This document shows positions 1 to 10,822 of a stretch of 64,000 bases of DNA, piece after piece. The DNA lies in contig RQSC01000523.1 in assembly GCA_013416795.1 (NCBI GenBank), positions 176,983 to 240,982 on the forward strand, given 5' to 3'. This DNA is from Prasinococcaceae sp. CCMP 1430. Lineage: Eukaryota > Plantae > Prasinodermophyta. Numbering within the stretch: the stretch's first letter is position 1; every line of letters begins with the position of its first letter. The translations under genes were made by a program, and so were the position numbers. Under the pieces are notes generated by a model. It was not told where the DNA came from. It was given only the letters and a program-made list of their open reading frames with translations, and did no database searches.

Positions 1-1214
1 GGCGGCCGCGGGCGCGACCGAGGAGGCCCTCGCGGCCGGCGGCGCGCGCGCGGCGCGCACAATCCGGCGCGTGCGCTGCGAGGACCTGTCGCTGCGCGAG
101 TTCCGCGCTGGTGTCCAGGCGCGCTCGGAGCCGCTGGTCATCACCGGCCTCGGCGATGTCCTCACAGAGGACGGCGCTGACGGTGCGGAGCTGCGATGGC
201 TGCGGCGGCACGCCGCGTCGAAGACTGTCGCCGTGTCGCAGCGCCATGCGCACACGCGCAGCGAGCTGCGCGCGGCCGACTACGAGCTGAGCACCGTGGG
301 CGAGCTGCTCGACGCGGTGGACGCGGGCGAGGCGGACGGGCGCTACCTGTACGACTGCAGTCTGCCGCTGAAGCTGCCCTCGCTCCTGCAGGCCGTGCGC
401 GTGCCGCGCTATTTTGCGCACGACTTCCTCATGCGCACGATGCGCCTCCACGCGTTCAGCGCGAGCTGGCCGAGCCTCTTCGTGGCCGCAGCGGGCACGC
501 AGTCCAGCCTTCACGTCGATCAGTGGCAAGGACACTTCTGGATGGCCATGGTGCGCGGTACCAAGCGCTGGACGCTCTTCGACGCCGCCGACCTTCACTT
601 GCTGTCGCCCGACTGGGGGCGCAACACGCTCGATCCAGCAATGCCGCCGCTCGACGAGCTCGACGGGCTCGACGACAAAACCGGCAGCGAGCGGCGTCAC
701 GCGCTCGCGCGCCTCGCGCGGCGCTACGAGGTCGATCTGGGCCCCGGCGAGGTGCGGTCTGTAGCCGCGCGCGCGGCCTTGCCCGCCCGCGCATCCGCCA
801 CACGTCGGAAATGCCACGCTGCCGCTCCCGCTGACGCGCGCGCGCACACGCGCGCACGCACGCACACAGGTTCTCTACGTGCCGGGGGGGTGGCCGCACC
901 ACGTGCGCAACCTGGATAATACCGTGTCCTTCGCCGGCAACTACTGCGACGAGACCAACATCGAGCGCGCGCTCGCCGACATGCAGCTCATGGGCGCCCG
1001 TCAGGGCGACGCGATGGCCGATTCGTTCCGCGCGGTGGACGAGGTGGACTTCGAAGAGGCAGGAGCCACCAGCGAGGCCGACGAGGCGGGCATGGGTGAC
1101 CTCCTCGCCGCCGAGGATCTCGTCGTGCCGTGCTCGGCCTTCCGCAGTGGTGAGGCAGCCGCGTGGCGCGGGCCGCTCCCCGACGACGTCAAGCAAGAGC
1201 TTGCCGCCGCCTGA
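1..1214 (+). CDS. JmjC/cupin-like 2-oxoglutarate oxygenase (5' end uncertain, probably upstream of the window); intron 752-869
   Basis: Translation has SLHVD (HxD), GTKRWTLF and, after splicing GAG|GTGCGG...CACAG|GTT, LGPGE-VLYVPGGWPHHVRNLDNTVS. These are the JmjC metal ligands and the terminal strand. Confidence 0.85.
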
Positions 1215-1376
1215 TGCGAAGTGAGGACTGCACTGCATGTAATATGCACCTCGAAGCATGCGATCGCGGCCGTACGTGCGTGCGCGCGTGGGCGCGCGTG
1301 CGCGACTGCGTGCACCTGCTCCCGGGCGGTGTCCGCCTCGACGGGTATTAAAATGCGTCCTCTGCACGCCGGGCGC

Positions 1377-2204
1377 CTAGGCGCCGTACTTCGGCGCCCT
1401 GCCAAGCTTGTATGCGATGATGGGCAGCAGCGCGCTCGCCGGCACGGCGCCATTGCAGCCGCTCTCGACGACGTCGCGCGCGTCGCAGCGCTTGACGACG
1501 TCGCGGCGGGCGGCGCCCTCACACCGCAGAGCGGTGAGGAGCGCGCGCTCAGAGAGGCGCTCTCGCACGCCCGCGCGCATCTCTGCGCTCTGTGCGGGCG
1601 CCGCGATGGCGCACGCCGCGCGCGCACGCTGCGTGACCTCAGCCGCCGCCGCTAGCGCTGCCGCGCCATGCTCGCACACGCCGACCACCGCAAGCGTCAG
1701 CAGGTCTGTCTGCCGCTCCTGCGCCGCCTCGCACGCGCTCGCCACCTCGCCGAGCACGTCAGCAGGCGCATGCACGACGACCACGGCCTCCGATCCCACC
1801 TCGTCCAGTGCAGCGGTCGCCGCGGCCGCCATGTCACCCGCGGCGACCGCTTCGCCTCCGAGCGCCTCCGCCACGCCCCCATCAACGCTCAGCACGCGCG
1901 CACGCAGCGTGTGGCGCGCCTGTTGCTTGCTGACCCCCGTCCCACCGAGAATCTGCGCGAGGTCGCCCCTCGCTGTCGACGCAGCGTCGGCAGCATCCGC
2001 CGCGCCCCCCCCTCCCCTGGCCACCAACCCCCCCTCACCACCCAGCAGCGACGCGGTGCCGCATGCGCCCGCACAGAACACGCCTGCGAGCGCCGCCGCG
2101 CCCGCACTGCCTTGCTCGACGCGCTCGCAGTACAGCAGCAGCGCGCGTCCGGGCATGCCCGGCGGCGGCGGCCACGGCGGCCACGCGCCCAACGCGCCCT
2201 CCAT
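1377..2204 (-). CDS. Conserved green-lineage uncharacterised protein (AT5G11810-like)
   Basis: N-terminal PGRALLLY and C-terminal YKLGRAPKYGA* match the recalled plant family ends (PSRALVLY...FKLWKAPKYGA). Recognition is from memory, not a database search. Confidence 0.6.
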   Translation of the reverse strand: MEGALGAWPPWPPPPGMPGRALLLYCERVEQGSAGAAALAGVFCAGACGTASLLGGEGGLVARGGGGAADAADAASTARGDLAQILGGTGVSKQQARHTLRARVLSVDGGVAEALGGEAVAAGDMAAAATAALDEVGSEAVVVVHAPADVLGEVASACEAAQERQTDLLTLAVVGVCEHGAAALAAAAEVTQRARAACAIAAPAQSAEMRAGVRERLSERALLTALRCEGAARRDVVKRCDARDVVESGCNGAVPASALLPIIAYKLGRAPKYGA

Positions 2205-2743
2205 CGAGGCCGCGCGACCGCGCCGGCCGCGCCAGCCCGCCCGCGCGGCGTGCTCCTCCTCTCTCTCAATTCGAACCCCTCCCTCCCCCGCCCTCGCGCG
2301 CGCGAGAGAGAGAGGGAGAGTGGCGCCGCCCCGCCGCCTCCACCCAGCAGCGCCTCCCCTGCTGCGCCGCCGCCGCCCCGCGCGTGCACGCTCGCCCCCG
2401 GTCTGGGTTAGGGTTATTGAGCGCTGCATCCGAAGCGCGCCCACTCCCGAAGAAATTCGGATCATTCTCCCCCCAAAATTCCCGCCATCAGGAAAATTCT
2501 CAGCGCGGTTGAGTCCACATTAGACCGGATGCGAATCCAGACGCCCCGCGTGCGATCGTGGAGGCGTTAGTTACGGTTTAAGAAGAAGGGTTTATAAGCA
2601 TTTCGAGGGGGCCCCCAGTGGTGGCCTCGGTGCGCCGCCCGCGCGCGCGTTTTATCCACTCGTGCGCGCTGGAGCGCGGCGCTCACGCGTGGTGGGAGAG
2701 GGGTGTGGGTGGACGGCGCGGCGAGCTCCCGGGCGGGATCTCA

Positions 2744-3849
2744 ATGGCGGCGACGCGCACGATGGTGGCGGCGGCGCGCGCGGCGCCCGCGCGCGGCGCG
2801 CGCCCCAGCGCGCGGCCGCCACGACGGCGAGCGCCGGCCCGCGCCTCGCCGAGCTCGCGGCGATGACGACGCTCTCTATCGACACGGGCGACGTCAAGGT
2901 GGTCGAGGAGTGGGCCGCGACGGGCATCATAACCGACGCGACCACCAACCCGCTCTTCGTCTCGCAGGCAGGCCTCAGCGGCGACGCGTTCTACAAGGGC
3001 CTCGTCGACGAGGCGGTGGCGTACGCGAGAGAGGCCGGCGTCGCGGGCGAGGACGGAGTGGCGCTCGCGGCCGACCGGCTGGCCGTCAACCTGGGCCTCA
3101 CGCTGCAGCGGCTCGTGCCTGGCTACGTGTCGACCGAGGTCTCGATTTATCTGAGCTTCGACGCCGACGCGATGGTGGAGCGCGCGCGGCGCATCGTGGC
3201 CATGTACAAGCAGGCGGGCGGCGAGCCCGGGCGCGTGCTCATCAAGCTGCCCGGCACCTGGGAGGGCATCGAGGCTGCGCGCGTGCTCGAAGCCGAGGGC
3301 ACCAAGACGAACATCACGCTGGTGTTCGGGCACTGCCAGGCGGTGGCGGCCGCGCAGGCGGGCGCCCACCTCATCAGCCCGTTCCCAGGCCGGGTGCTCG
3401 AGTGGCACAAGGCCAACGGCAGCCGGCCCGAGACCATGCCGCGCGAGGACGACCCGGGCGTGCAGATGTGCTCGCGCGCCTACCGGTACTACAAGCGGTA
3501 TGGCCACGACACGATCGTCATGCCCGCCTCCTGGCGCTCGCCAACGGGCGAGGACAACTGCGACGAGATCCTCGCTCTGGCAGGCACGGACCGCATGACC
3601 ATCCCGCCGCCGTTGCTCGAGGACCTCGCCGCGCGTGGCGGCGACGCGCCGCTGGCGCGCGAGCTCGAGCCGCAGGCGGCAGCCGCCGCGTGCGACGAGC
3701 CCGAGCACGCGCCCTACACGCGCGAGACCTTCGCGTGGGAGCTCGCCATGGACGGCGCCGCCAACGACAAGCTCGCGGCGGGGCTGCGCGCCTTCGCCGG
3801 GGACACCGACAAGCTCTTCGACGCGCTGCGCGAGCACCCGGACTGGTGA
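2744..3849 (+). CDS. TAL: Transaldolase, probably plastid-targeted; 1-nt frameshift near 2803-2806 separates the transit peptide from the catalytic body (body ATG 2863)
   Basis: Motifs LSIDTGD, DATTNP, GYVSTEV, RVLIKLPGTWEGI (Schiff-base Lys), TNITLVF and ISPFPGR. Confidence 0.93.
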
Positions 3850-3962
3850 CTTTGACGGGTCGTCGAAGCTCTCACTGACGTACGTACGTGGTAAAAAAAA
3901 GTTCTCGCTGGTTATTTCTTATTATCGCTCTCGCGACGCTGCGGTGCGAAGGCGCGCAGTCT

Positions 3963-6870
3963 CTAGCGCTCTCCGCCGCCGCTCTTCTGCACCGCCTCCG
4001 TGACGCCACCGTCGGATTTCGGGAAGACCACGCGGAGCACGTCGGAGAAGTCGCTTCCGACGAAGAGCAACTCCTGCGGCAAGCCGTGGATCTCCTCGGT
4101 GCAAATCGCCAGGGAGACTGGGTTGTCGGTGGTGGCCGACCAGGTGGGTCCGTCCACCACCGGGCGGTCGAAGGGAAGCCCCGGGCTGTAGCCGGTGCTC
4201 GGGTCGTCGCGACCCACGCCGAAAACGGTCTTGACGAAGGTGGTTTCGATGTCCACCGAGCGCACGGCGTTGTTGCGCATGTCGGCAACGTACACGGTCT
4301 TGCCATCCGTGGCGCAGCCGCGAGGCGTCCAGAAGGCCGCGGTCGCTCCCGGGCCGTCAATGTGCGTCTCCTCGAAGATGGAGACGCCGCTGCCCGCCAC
4401 GTCGGTGATCTCGCCGGTGGCCGTGTCCACCCGGCGAACGTTGTTGGGCGACTCGTCGCACAGATAAATCGCGTCGCCCTCGGGCGTGATCGCAAGCCCG
4501 GACGGCTTCTTGACGCCGTCCTCCGCGAGCGTCGTCCAATTCTGCGTGGCCACATCGTACGCCCTGATCCTGTTGTTGTTGTTGTCGCCCACGTAGACCA
4601 CGCCTCCGCCGCGCGGTGCCGTGACCGAGCGCGGCGTGTCGAACAGAGTGTCGGCGCCCACGCCTTCCTGGTAGCCGCCACCGGCGGGGTCGCACACGCC
4701 GCCCACGGTGGTCACGCAGTTGCCGTTGGCCATGTCGATCATGCGCACGCAGTTGTTCTTCGTGTCGGCAACCCACAGCTTCTCGTCGGGCGTGTACGCC
4801 ACGCCGTGCGGGCCAAAGAATTGGGCGGCGGGCCCGCAGCCGTCTGCGCCGCCCTCGACCTTGTTACCGGCGATGGTCGTGAGCTCGCCCGTGAGGGTGT
4901 TGTACTGGCGCACGGCCTGGTTCTTCTCGTCGGCGATGAAGACGCGCGCGCAGTCGTTGGAGACCCCAATGCCACGCACGCCGTTCAGCCGCGCGTCCGC
5001 GCCGAAGCCGTCCACGAAGTCGTTCTTCTGGCCGAGCGTCCCGGCGAGCGTCTCAACCCTGTCCCAGCGCTCGTCGAGGATCCAGGGGGCGGTTGGCACG
5101 AAGGGGTTCTCGCCCGGCGGCGGCAGCGTGTCCTGGAAGCCGCCCGGCACTTCGACGGTCTCCTCGGCCGTCTCCGTGGGCGGCTCCGTGGGCGGCGTGG
5201 TGCCGCTCGCGTTGAGCGCCGGAGCATCGGGGAGCGCCGGCGGAGGAGGGAAGGCCGGCACCGACGCGTTCGGCGCGGGTGGGGGCGGGCTCGGAGGAGG
5301 GACCACCGGCTCCGACGCGTTTGCCACGGGCGGGGGCGGGCTCGGAGGAGGGACCACCGGCTCCGACGCGTTTGCCACGGGCGGGGGCGGGCTCGGAGGA
5401 GGGACCACCGGCTCCGACGCGTTTGCCACGGGCGGGGAGCTCCGACGCGTTTGCCACGGGTGGGGGCGGGCTCGGAGGAGGGACCACAGGCTCCGACGCG
5501 TTTGCCACGGGTGGGGGCGGGCTCGGAGGAGGGACCACAGGCTCCGACGCGTTTGCCACGGGTGGGGGGGGGCTCGTCGTCGTCGGCGGCGGCAGAGGCG
5601 CGCGCGTCACGATGATGGTCTTGGGCGGCTGCTGCTCGGCGGTGCCGTTGCTGGCCGGCGGTGCCGGGAGCGGCGCCGGCGCGGGGGCCGGCTGGGAGGT
5701 GGGGGAAGAGCTGGTGGGCGCATCGGTCGGGGCGAGGGTGGGGGACGTACTCGGCAGCTCGGTGGGCGGGACCACGGGCGCCTCGGTGGGGGGCGGGACG
5801 GGCGCCTCGGTGGGCGCCTCAGTGGAGGTATCCAAGGGCGCCTCGGTGGGGGGATCGGACGGCGCCTCGGTGGGGGGGCTCACGGGCGGCTCGGTCGGCG
5901 CGTCGGACGGCGCCTCGGTGGGGGGGCTCACGGGCGGCTCGGTTGGCGCGTCGGACGGCGCCTCGGTGGGAGGGGTCACGGGCGGCTCGGTGGGTGCCTC
6001 TGTGGACGTGTCCTCGGGCGCCTCGGTGGGTGGGCTCACGGGCGGCTCGGTAGGCGCGGGCGTGTCGGGGGCTGGCGGGGTGGCGGTCGGCGCGTTTGAG
6101 GGCGGGTCAGTGTTCGTCGCGGGAGGAGGGGCCGTCGACGGCGTCGTCGGCGTCGGGGCGGGCGTCGGCGGATTCGGCTCCGGCGGCTCCAGTGGCGGGT
6201 CAGTTTGTGGAGGAGGCTCACCTACGGGCGGCGGCGTCACGACGATCTCTGCGTCGTCGTCTCCTTCGTCGTCGCCTCCGCCGCCTCCGCCACCTCCGCC
6301 ACCTTCGCATAGACCGCACTATCGGCGACGGGCGGGCGTGGCGATGTGCAACCACCGCCGACGTGTCAGAGGGTCAGCCATGCTCCTCGGAGGAAGCGAC
6401 CGAAAGCACATCGCATGCGAGTGTGGCGCGGGGGCACGAGATGAGGGCACGAGGGCCGCGGGGGAAGGGGGCATTGCAAGCACCGAGCGACGCCGGCATT
6501 CACTCGCGCGCTAGGGCACGCGGGCGTGCAGGATGGGCCCTGCCCTTCGCGTGCGCGCCGCGCCCACGCCCGCGCGCGCCGCCGCCGTCGCGGCACGTAC
6601 CACCGCGCAGATGTCGTCGCAGCAGTCGCCATTGACTGTGCACGTCTGATCGCACCAGCAGTCGGCCACCTCGCTCTTGGCGAAGCAGAAGGTGCCGCCG
6701 CCCAGGGCGGTGTTGATGCAGGTGGCGCCCGCGCGCGCGACCGCCGTCGCCGCGACCAGCGCCGCCAGCAGGAGCAGCGGCCCGCGCCGCTGTGTGGCCT
6801 NACGAGCACATGGTGGGGACGCAGTTTGGGACGGCCGCCTTCGGTCGGCAATGGGGGTGAGGCCATCCAA
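3963..6870 (-). CDS. Secreted protein: signal peptide + somatomedin-B-like Cys domain + Pro/Thr-rich stalk + NHL-repeat beta-propeller (multi-exon; apparent frameshift near 5430-5460; single N at 6801)
   Basis: Hydrophobic LLLLAALVAATAVARAG, then CWCDQTCTVNGDCCDDIC. Repeats TEPPVSPPTEAPSDAP and VANASEPVVPPPSPPPP. NHL units such as FFGPHGVAYTPDEKLWVADTKNNCVR, FDTPRSV and FWTPRGCATDGKTVYVADMRNNAVR. Donor GTACGT at 6600. Confidence 0.8.
5285..5570 (-). repeat. 51-nt coding tandem repeat (VANASEPVVPPPSPPPP), about 5 full copies plus one 28-nt truncated copy
   Basis: Unit ggctccgacgcgtttgccacgggcgggggcgggctcggaggagggaccacc is read directly from the sequence. Confidence 0.9.
5770..6055 (-). repeat. 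About 48-nt degenerate coding repeat (TEPPVSPPTEAPSDAP; PPTEAP core)
   Basis: Recurring gggcgcctcggtggg and cacgggcggctcggt units. Confidence 0.85.
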
Positions 6871-7959
6871 TCACGAGCACGCAACCGACTCCCACGCGTA
6901 TCATTAATAGGTGCCAATTTAGACCGGCGAATTCGGCGCGGCGCCCTCGCGCGACGGGGCGGCGGCGCGCGCGCGCGCAGTCAAGCAATCCCGAAACCTC
7001 CTAAAATGAGATCAATCGGCTCCCGCCAAAAAAACCGCTACCGGGTTACCTACTACTACCAGGCAATTAGTATTAGAGAAAAGAGCAGTGAATCCTTGGC
7101 GCCAAACGCAAACAAGCACGCAGACAGGCACGCAGGTACTGTACCGTAGGAACCCACGAGCACACCGGTCGTGTGGATCTCCATCACTCGTTCCGATGGG
7201 ATGCAGCGCTTGGGGTTGATTGCGGGCTGACACCCAATCAGGCCTTTACGATGGGAGCGTGGTACGATGGTACTGTGCCGCCTCGGAGTTGACAGCGGTG
7301 GCGCTGCGGCCGACCGCGCGTCAAAGCTGCTCAGTAGGCGGCGCGGGCAGGCGGCGGGGGTGCTCAGTGACCCTCGATCGATGGCCGAGGCTGAGCAGGA
7401 GAGCCGGGTCCTCGTGCGGGAGAGTGCTGGCAGCGTGCTCCCAGCATCGGCGCGCTCGCCCCCACGGGCGGATCATCGGCCTGCGATCGTTCTCTTAGCC
7501 TCCACCCCGAACTCCGAGTCTCGTGCCCGCCGGAGGTTCCGAGTCCTCCTCCGCCGCCCACAGACTGGTGGTGGCGCGCCGCCATCGTTGACTGCGGCGA
7601 ATGACTCTGCGCCGCACGCCGCCAAACACCCCAGTTCAGCCGCGGCGTCGCGAGCAACGTTTTGCCATTGTCTGGCTGGGTGGGCCGCGCGTCGCTGTCC
7701 GTCGATCTGCGTGTTCCGATATTTCGCGGCGGCGGCGCGGGTGCACCTGTTGCTCCTCGGGTCCACCGCCCAAAGGCACTGTCGCGCCGCGCGCAGGGTC
7801 AGAGTGTCGTCGCCTCTGCGCGCGCCTCACGCCTGCAGCCTAAACGCGACGTGGCGCTACGCCAGGGTCATCGGGTGGGCTCATGGCCAAAGTTGGGGTG
7901 CAGGGTGAGCCGAAGGCGTTCAACACTGTAACGGTCTGCAGTACAGTATGTGTACAAAT

Positions 7960-8144
7960 TTACAGTACAATGCTTGCGGAGAGGGTCGCACTCACATGCA
8001 AAACATGTCGAGAAAGCTTTCGAAGAGCATCGTCTACCTCGCGCGCGGCGTCGCCCGACCCGGCACGCGGGCCGCGGGCGGCGTCAGCGCGCGACGCACG
8101 CGGGCTCTGCTCTGCGCCGAGGCCGGCGCCGGCGCGGCCCGCGC

Positions 8145-8175
<31 letters not shown>

Positions 8176-9823
8176 TGCTCCGCGAGGCCCTCCGCGGTCT
8201 CCCTCTCGTCGACGCCGTGGATGGTGTCGATCTGCTCGGCGCTCAGCCTTTGTCCCATCCTGTACGTCGCCTCCGTCAGGTTGAGGAAGTGCTTTGAGTC
8301 GGTGGCGCCCAGCACTGTGTACGGCAGGACGAGCACCTCGTCCCATCCATACACGCGATGGAAGGAGCGCTCGAGGGCGTCCCATGCGGCGACGCCTGCG
8401 CGCGTGTGCGCGTGGGGTGCACGCGGCGACGCACAGGGCGACGCACGGGTCAGAGCGCGCCCACCGCACGCACCCACGCGCGCACCAACACATGCACACG
8501 CACCCGCGCGCGCGCACACGCACCCTTGCCCGCCGGCGACACGGGCGAGGGCTCGCTCCTGAAGGCTTTCTCGTCGATCTCGGCGCTGACGCCGAACTCC
8601 TCGGCGATGGCGCGCACGCGTCCCAGCGTGCCCTCCACGGTGTCCCCGCTCAGCAGGCGCAGGTTGATCGTCGCCTCGGCGCTCGCTGGCACCACGTTGT
8701 TCTTCTCGCCGGCGGTGAAGCGCGTCACCGCCTGCGTGGTGCGCACGAGCGCGTTCGCCTTCTCGCCCTTCCAGCCGAACACGCGCGCGAGCAGAGCGCC
8801 GAACACGTGCAAGTTGGCGAAGATGGTCCGGTAGGGCTCGGCCACCAGCGCAGAGGCGCGCTCGAGCATGCCTGCCACCGGCTGCGTGAGGCGCGGCGCG
8901 GGCTGCTTGGCGTGCACGGCCGCCAGCGCGCGCGACACCGCCGTCACGGGCGTGCCGTCCAGCGGCGGCCAGGCCGCGTGGCCGCCCTTGGACTCGGCCT
9001 TGAGCGATATGCACACGTACCCCTTCTCGGCGGTGCCCACCAGCGCGACTTCGAGCGATCCCATCCCCGGAATGGCGCCCTTGGTCACGGCCCCGCCTTC
9101 GTCGAGCAGCGCTGCCACGCGCCGCCCGCCGAGGCGCCGCTCGAGCTCCGCGGCGATCGAGGCGGCGCCCTCGTATCCGCCCACCTCTTCGTCGTGGCCA
9201 TACGCGAGGTACACGGTGCGGCGCGGCGCGGCTGTGCCCGCGGCGAGCAGCGCCTCGACGGCCGCCAGGTGCGACACTACGCGGCCCTTCACGTCGAGCG
9301 CGCCGCGCCCCCACACCTCGCCGGCCTCGACCACTCCGCCGAATGGCGGCTGCGACCACTGCGAGGCCTGCTCGGCGCTCACGGGGACCACGTCCAGGTG
9401 GGCGACGAGGACGACCGGCTCGAGGCCGTCGTCGGTGCCCTCCCACTCGTAGAGCAGCGAGAAGTCGTTGATGGCGTCGACGCGCATCGCGGCGTGCGCG
9501 AGCGGGAATCGCTCGGCGAGGATCGCGTGGCAGCGCAGCAGAGCGGCGCGCGCCTCGTCGCCCAGATTGGCGCCCGCCTCCGCCTCGGCGCCGTCGTCGG
9601 CCACCGTTCGCTCGCGAATGAGCATGCCGAGCGTCTCGAGGTCCCTCGCGTTCGCGCGCTCGACGGCCGCCGCGAGGCGCGCCGCCTTGTCCGCCGCGTA
9701 CCGCCGCTCCTCCTCCTCGGCCGCGCGGCGCTCCTCGTCGGCGGCGCGCGCGCCGAGTCGCGCCTCCACCGCGGCCAGAGAGTCCTCCTCAACCTCGAGA
9801 GGGTCGGGGCTTCCGTCGCTGTC

Positions 9824-9859
<36 letters not shown>

Positions 9860-10740
9860 AGATGTATATGTGCGTGTGCATGAGCGCACCGGCATGTGTG
9901 GTACGAGCGCTCACCTTCGTCGACGGGCGCTACAATGTCCGCGGCCTGCGCTCGGAGGGGCGCCGGCGCGGCGGCCTCCGCGACGGACGCCGTCGCAGCG
10001 GCGCCGGCGTCGCCGTCCTCGGCGTCCGCCCCCTCGTGCGTCGCAGCAGCCGGAGCTGCGCGCAGCCGCCGGGCAGGACGCACGCGCCGCCTGGGCGGGT
10101 CGAAGTCCGGATCCTGTGTGTATGTGTGCGTGTGTGTGTGTGTGTGAGTGTGCATCAGCGCGTGCGCATGACTGTCGCACGCGCACTCCCACTCCCACAC
10201 AGCGCAAACACACACACACACGCACACGCACGCACGCACCTGCGGTTGCAGCAGGGCGTCACGGAACTCGTTCACGCTCACGCGGCCGTCGCGCAGCGCC
10301 GAGGCGCGGAAGGCGCTCGCGACGACGCAGCGGGCGTCCGCCGGCGACAGGTTTCCCCTCAGCGCCTCGCGGACGATCCGCACGACCTGAGCAAGGGAGA
10401 GGAGGCCGTCGCCCGCGCCGCCGCGCCGCTCCTCCTCGACGAACATGTCGCTCAGCCGCGCCCCGGCGCCCTGGAGTGTGCGCGTGCGCCCGTGTGTCAG
10501 AGCGCGCGCATCGTGGTCAAACGCGCGCTCACACTCGCACACACCCGACCAACAACTCACACACGCGCCTGCACGCGCGCGCGCACAGACATACGCACAC
10601 ACACGCGCGCACACACACCTGGAGGCGGAGTGACACCCTCCAGAGCGCGTCCTCGGCGCCTCCCACGCTCGCCCCTCGTCCGCTCACCGCGCGGGACCTG
10701 AGCGCCGCGCGCCGCGCGGCGAGCGCCGCCGCGTAGCCCG
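7960..10740 (-). CDS. M20-family metallopeptidase/amidohydrolase (PM20D1/carboxypeptidase S-like) with unusual upstream exons; start not resolved
   Basis: All M20 ligand motifs are present: AHLDVVP, WGRGALDVKG, GHDEEVGG, LLDEG, GTAEKG, GGHAAWPP, GATDSKHF and IHGVDE. Introns carry TG/CA tracts. Confidence 0.85.
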
Positions 10741-10822
10741 CCCGTGCGCGCGCGCGCGCGCGCGCGGCGCCTGTGGCCCGCCGGCGGTGCCGCCGCCTCC
10801 CGCCCTCCTCATCGCGCCCCCC

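Noticed and set aside
2405-2416. GGGTTAGGGTTA as an interstitial telomere
   Set aside because: Only two units; at most a promoter telo-box-like motif.
5285-5570. 51-nt repeats as a possible CRISPR array
   Set aside because: No unique spacers, unit length is a multiple of 3, they lie inside a coding region, and the context is eukaryotic with no cas genes.
7000-7900. Possible gene or transposon remnant in the lower-GC stretch
   Set aside because: No recognisable motif, codon bias, terminal repeat or TSD.
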